DNA of 49,765 nt, taken from positions 1 to 49,765 of the forward strand of contig MIAO01000144.1 of NCBI GenBank assembly GCA_001829155.1, given 5' to 3'. How positions within the stretch are numbered: position 1 is the stretch's first letter; each line of letters opens with the position of its first letter. Source of the stretch: Spirochaetes bacterium GWB1_36_13 (GTDB lineage: Bacteria; Spirochaetota; GWB1-36-13). The notes beneath the pieces were generated by a model. That model ran no database searches, was not told the DNA's origin, and worked only from the letters and a program-made list of their open reading frames with translations. Positions 46,826-49,765 of this stretch are shown here, in pieces. A program made the translations under genes and the position numbers.

Positions 46826-48190
46826 TTATTCAACTACTTCGTTGATAATAACGAATCCGACATCAGGTAAAACAGTAAAACGGATATCTCTGCCGTCAAA
46901 CGAAGTGCCTGTGCCCGAAAAGACAAAATCCAAAGACATGGTGACCAGAAAATCAAGGGACAAATCATTGCTGGCTCCAGGAGTCTGGGAGACAATATTT
47001 CTGTCTTGATCCATGATATAGACTTTCAGATTGTAAATCTTACCGCTTTGAGTAATATACTGGGCATCCAGATAAGGATTTATATCTCTTTGTTTCAGGG
47101 TTGTTTTTGAGGAAATATTTTCCATGACAGGCTCGCTGGATCCGGTTGAAGAGCCGATTTGAAATATTTTTTGGTTGGGGTCGGTTTTATCTTCCTTGAT
47201 TTTGAGTTTATCAATCATAACCCCAGTTTTTTGAACAATGTAAATTTCTTTAACAAGTTCTTTGTTATTCACATTCTTAATATCAATCAGTTCTTTTAAA
47301 GTATTGGGCACACTGCCGTTGTAGGTGCCTTTATATTCTACTATATTGATAAATCCCGGTCGTTTTGTGATATTGATGATCTGGATGCTGTTGTTCCCCA
47401 GTTTCCTCACCACCTGCTGAACCTGAACAATTTCACCATTGGAATCAGTCATGGTTCGCCCCACGGTTAAATCATCATTCACTTTACTTTTGATGTATTC
47501 CCGAGTATTCTGATTCAGCTGAATTTCCTGATTGACTTCATTTTTAAAAGATTCTCTTTCCATTTCTTTTTGCGCTTTTTCAAAATCTTTTTTCTCAATC
47601 AGAATCGGGAAGCGGCTTTTAAGCTGGTTTGTTTCATCGTCATTGACAGGCTCCCTGAGTTCTATTTCTCTGTCTTTAAAAAAACCGATTTTTCCGGCAT
47701 CAATTTCTTTATACCGGTTCTCATCTAAAAGATCATCCCCAAAGGCAACCCGGCCGTGAATGACGAAAACTTTGTCGCCGTCTTCAGAATTTTCATAGAT
47801 AAATTCAGTTCCCCTGACTCCGACAACGCTGACAGGACTTCTGATGGAAAAAGATTCATCGCCTTTGAGCTTATTGACTTGGGCCCAGACTTTTCCGCCG
47901 TTGAGCGAAATATCAGTTTTTGGAAAAAGTTCTTTGAAATGAACCGTTGTTTCCGGAGAGAGCTTGAGTTTCATCTTATGTGCTGACTCCAGAAGAAGAG
48001 TGGCGTTTTTTAAAGTACGCACCGAGTCTTTTTCATTCAAAATTAAATTTTTGTAGATAGGTTTCCAGTCTGTTTCACCATTTTTCATATATTCGCTTTT
48101 TCCCAGAAAAAAAGAAATACGGATATCTTCACCTGCCAATCCGAGGGGAAGCAGCAGGATAAAAAACAGAACAGTCAAACTCATTTTCAT
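46826..48190 (-). CDS. FecR-domain exported protein
   Basis: D.VRT...LSPET, GKVWAQV, IRSPVSVVGVRGTEF, VIHGRV. Confidence 0.82.
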   Translation of the reverse strand: MKMSLTVLFFILLLPLGLAGEDIRISFFLGKSEYMKNGETDWKPIYKNLILNEKDSVRTLKNATLLLESAHKMKLKLSPETTVHFKELFPKTDISLNGGKVWAQVNKLKGDESFSIRSPVSVVGVRGTEFIYENSEDGDKVFVIHGRVAFGDDLLDENRYKEIDAGKIGFFKDREIELREPVNDDETNQLKSRFPILIEKKDFEKAQKEMERESFKNEVNQEIQLNQNTREYIKSKVNDDLTVGRTMTDSNGEIVQVQQVVRKLGNNSIQIINITKRPGFINIVEYKGTYNGSVPNTLKELIDIKNVNNKELVKEIYIVQKTGVMIDKLKIKEDKTDPNQKIFQIGSSTGSSEPVMENISSKTTLKQRDINPYLDAQYITQSGKIYNLKVYIMDQDRNIVSQTPGASNDLSLDFLVTMSLDFVFSGTGTSFDGRDIRFTVLPDVGFVIINEVVE

Positions 48191-48336
48191 TTTATATTCC
48201 TTTTGGTTTAATTTCTAATAGAGATATATTTATATTATAAAATAACAAAAAAAACAGAAAAATAAAATTATTTTTGTTTTATATTATTGAAATAGTTATA
48301 TTCTTTTTTGTATCTATTTCAAATAAAGGATAACAG

Positions 48337-48720
48337 ATGAACGAATTGATTCAGAAAATATCAAAAGATCCCTACGCTGAATTTTTAGGAATTTCCTTTG
48401 ATGAGATTAAAGAGGGTTTTGCTGTCTGTTCACTGACTATCCATAAAAATTCGTTTAATTTTCTGGGAGCTGTGCATGGAGGCTTGATTTTCAGCCTTGC
48501 CGATGCCGCTTTTTCAGCGGCGTCCAATTTTGATTATTCGCCTTCCTTTGCCTTAGATATCAGCGGTTCTTTCCTGAAAAGCCCGAAATTGGGAGATCGT
48601 TTAAAAGCAGAGGCAAAACTGATTCATACCACCCGAAGAACCGGACTTTATAATATTCAGGTTTTTCATAATCAAGAACTCATTGCGGTTTTTAACGGAA
48701 CCGTATTCCGTAAAATCTAA
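48337..48720 (+). CDS. PaaI family thioesterase (hot-dog fold)
   Basis: DPYAEFLGI, NFLGAVHGGLIFSLAD.AF. Confidence 0.9.
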   Translation: MNELIQKISKDPYAEFLGISFDEIKEGFAVCSLTIHKNSFNFLGAVHGGLIFSLADAAFSAASNFDYSPSFALDISGSFLKSPKLGDRLKAEAKLIHTTRRTGLYNIQVFHNQELIAVFNGTVFRKI

Positions 48721-48809
48721 AAAACAGATTATCGTTATTTATTCTTTCATTTATGGAAAATATTTACTATATTTCAAATTGGTAAACTTTTCATTCAGGG
48801 AGAAGGAAG

Positions 48810-49765
48810 ATGAAAAAAAAATTAAAATCCATGGTTAAAATAGTGATTCTGTTTTTCATATTGACAGGAATCCTCTTCGCCGGCGATGTGCAGGATGATT
48901 TGACCGATACCAGTCTTCAAAACACTTATGGAATCAAAGACGGAGGCGTGATTTCAGCCTCCAATCTCCGCACCCTTTTCATGAAATTGGCGAGCGGGGC
49001 GTGGAGCAGTAATGGTAGCAGTATTTATTATGATAAAGGCAATGTGGGGATAGGGACTGATAATCCAGAGAGTACTCTCCATGTAAGAAATGCCAGTGGA
49101 AACTGTGAAATAAAGTTTCAATATGGCGTTGGAAATAGAGGATTATTAGGCGCTTATGCTAATAAAGTCAGCTTGTTTTTATTGGGAAGCGAAATATCTG
49201 ATGGAAATGATGGAATACTTCATATTAAAAGTGGTGGGGATAATATTGTTTTTGATGGAAATGATAATGTTGGAATAGGGACAATAAGTCCTACTGAAAA
49301 ACTGAGTATCGTTGGTTCTATGATACAAGATGATGTGACCACAATGAGATTTTTAAGATTAGGGCTTGATTCTAACGCAGGTTATGGATTGAGCTTAGGA
49401 TATGGATATTTTACCTCGCCTTATAGTTTTGCCTCTGTTTTACAGTCGCTGGACAACAATATAGGTACCAATTTATTGTTAAATCCGTCTGGAGGCAATG
49501 TCGGAATCGGAACCACTGATCCAAAGACAAAACTCGATGTGAATGGAACTCTCTATCTCAGAAAAAATGATAATGGAAACGAAGGCGGGGAAATCCAATT
49601 TCAAGGTTCAGGCTCTAATCCAGGATGGTCCCAAGATATTTATGATAATATGATGAGATTTTGGGTACATGGCAATGATTCAGGGGATAATCTGGTTCTT
49701 TATCAGAATGGAAATGTGGGAATTGGAAGTAGTAACAATATTCCCGATGAGAAGCTGGTTGTTTA
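48810..49765 (+). CDS. Partial exported protein with GNVGIGT beta-repeats (tail-fibre/adhesin-like)
   Basis: Not in ORF track (runs off edge); hand translation open from ATG 48810; signal peptide; GNVGIGTDNP, DNVGIGTISP, GNVGIGTTDP, GNVGIGSSNNIP. Confidence 0.8.
   Translation, partial: MKKKLKSMVKIVILFFILTGILFAGDVQDDLTDTSLQNTYGIKDGGVISASNLRTLFMKLASGAWSSNGSSIYYDKGNVGIGTDNPESTLHVRNASGNCEIKFQYGVGNRGLLGAYANKVSLFLLGSEISDGNDGILHIKSGGDNIVFDGNDNVGIGTISPTEKLSIVGSMIQDDVTTMRFLRLGLDSNAGYGLSLGYGYFTSPYSFASVLQSLDNNIGTNLLLNPSGGNVGIGTTDPKTKLDVNGTLYLRKNDNGNEGGEIQFQGSGSNPGWSQDIYDNMMRFWVHGNDSGDNLVLYQNGNVGIGSSNNIPDEKLVV

Noticed and set aside
11626-47986. Numerous short antisense or overlapping ORFs in the track (e.g. 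11626-11850, 17368-17787, 23227-23601, 37137-37460)
   Set aside because: Shadow frames of well-supported genes with no motifs or RBS.

Overview
AT-rich bacterial chromosomal window. A spirochaete-like host is inferred from the envelope-gene types; this is not proven. Bases 1-10.9 kb are an integron-like locus on the minus strand. A tyrosine recombinase (9809-10834) is co-oriented with, and upstream of, five gene cassettes separated by long attC-like imperfect palindromes (526-669, 2641-2804, 3270-3453, 4402-4556, 7708-7872). The system is non-canonical: (i) the integrase lacks the IntI-specific insertion and has an extra HARP-like N-terminal domain; (ii) the attC-like sites have an asymmetric 4-5/1 nt bulge next to the AAC/GTT core; (iii) each cassette's two ends are complementary over about 16-33 bp; (iv) the putative attI is a hairpin. 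The cargo is defence-rich: a ThsB-like TIR plus a class III nucleotide cyclase fusion, a BcgI-like type IIB R-M system, and an RNase LS(HEPN)-RNase HIII fusion, along with a GNAT and a small membrane protein. A second, internally deleted integrase with the same attI motif follows, and its array runs off the left edge. A 673-bp MITE lies at 10964-11636. The remainder is mostly core genome: uvrB, an ABC ATPase/TOPRIM-like pair, OmpA, two GAF-PP2C phosphatases, xseA, map, adk, mtnA, trpBA, iorAB, tandem NlpC/P60 paralogs, a FecR/beta-barrel cluster, and a truncated GNVGIGT-repeat surface protein.
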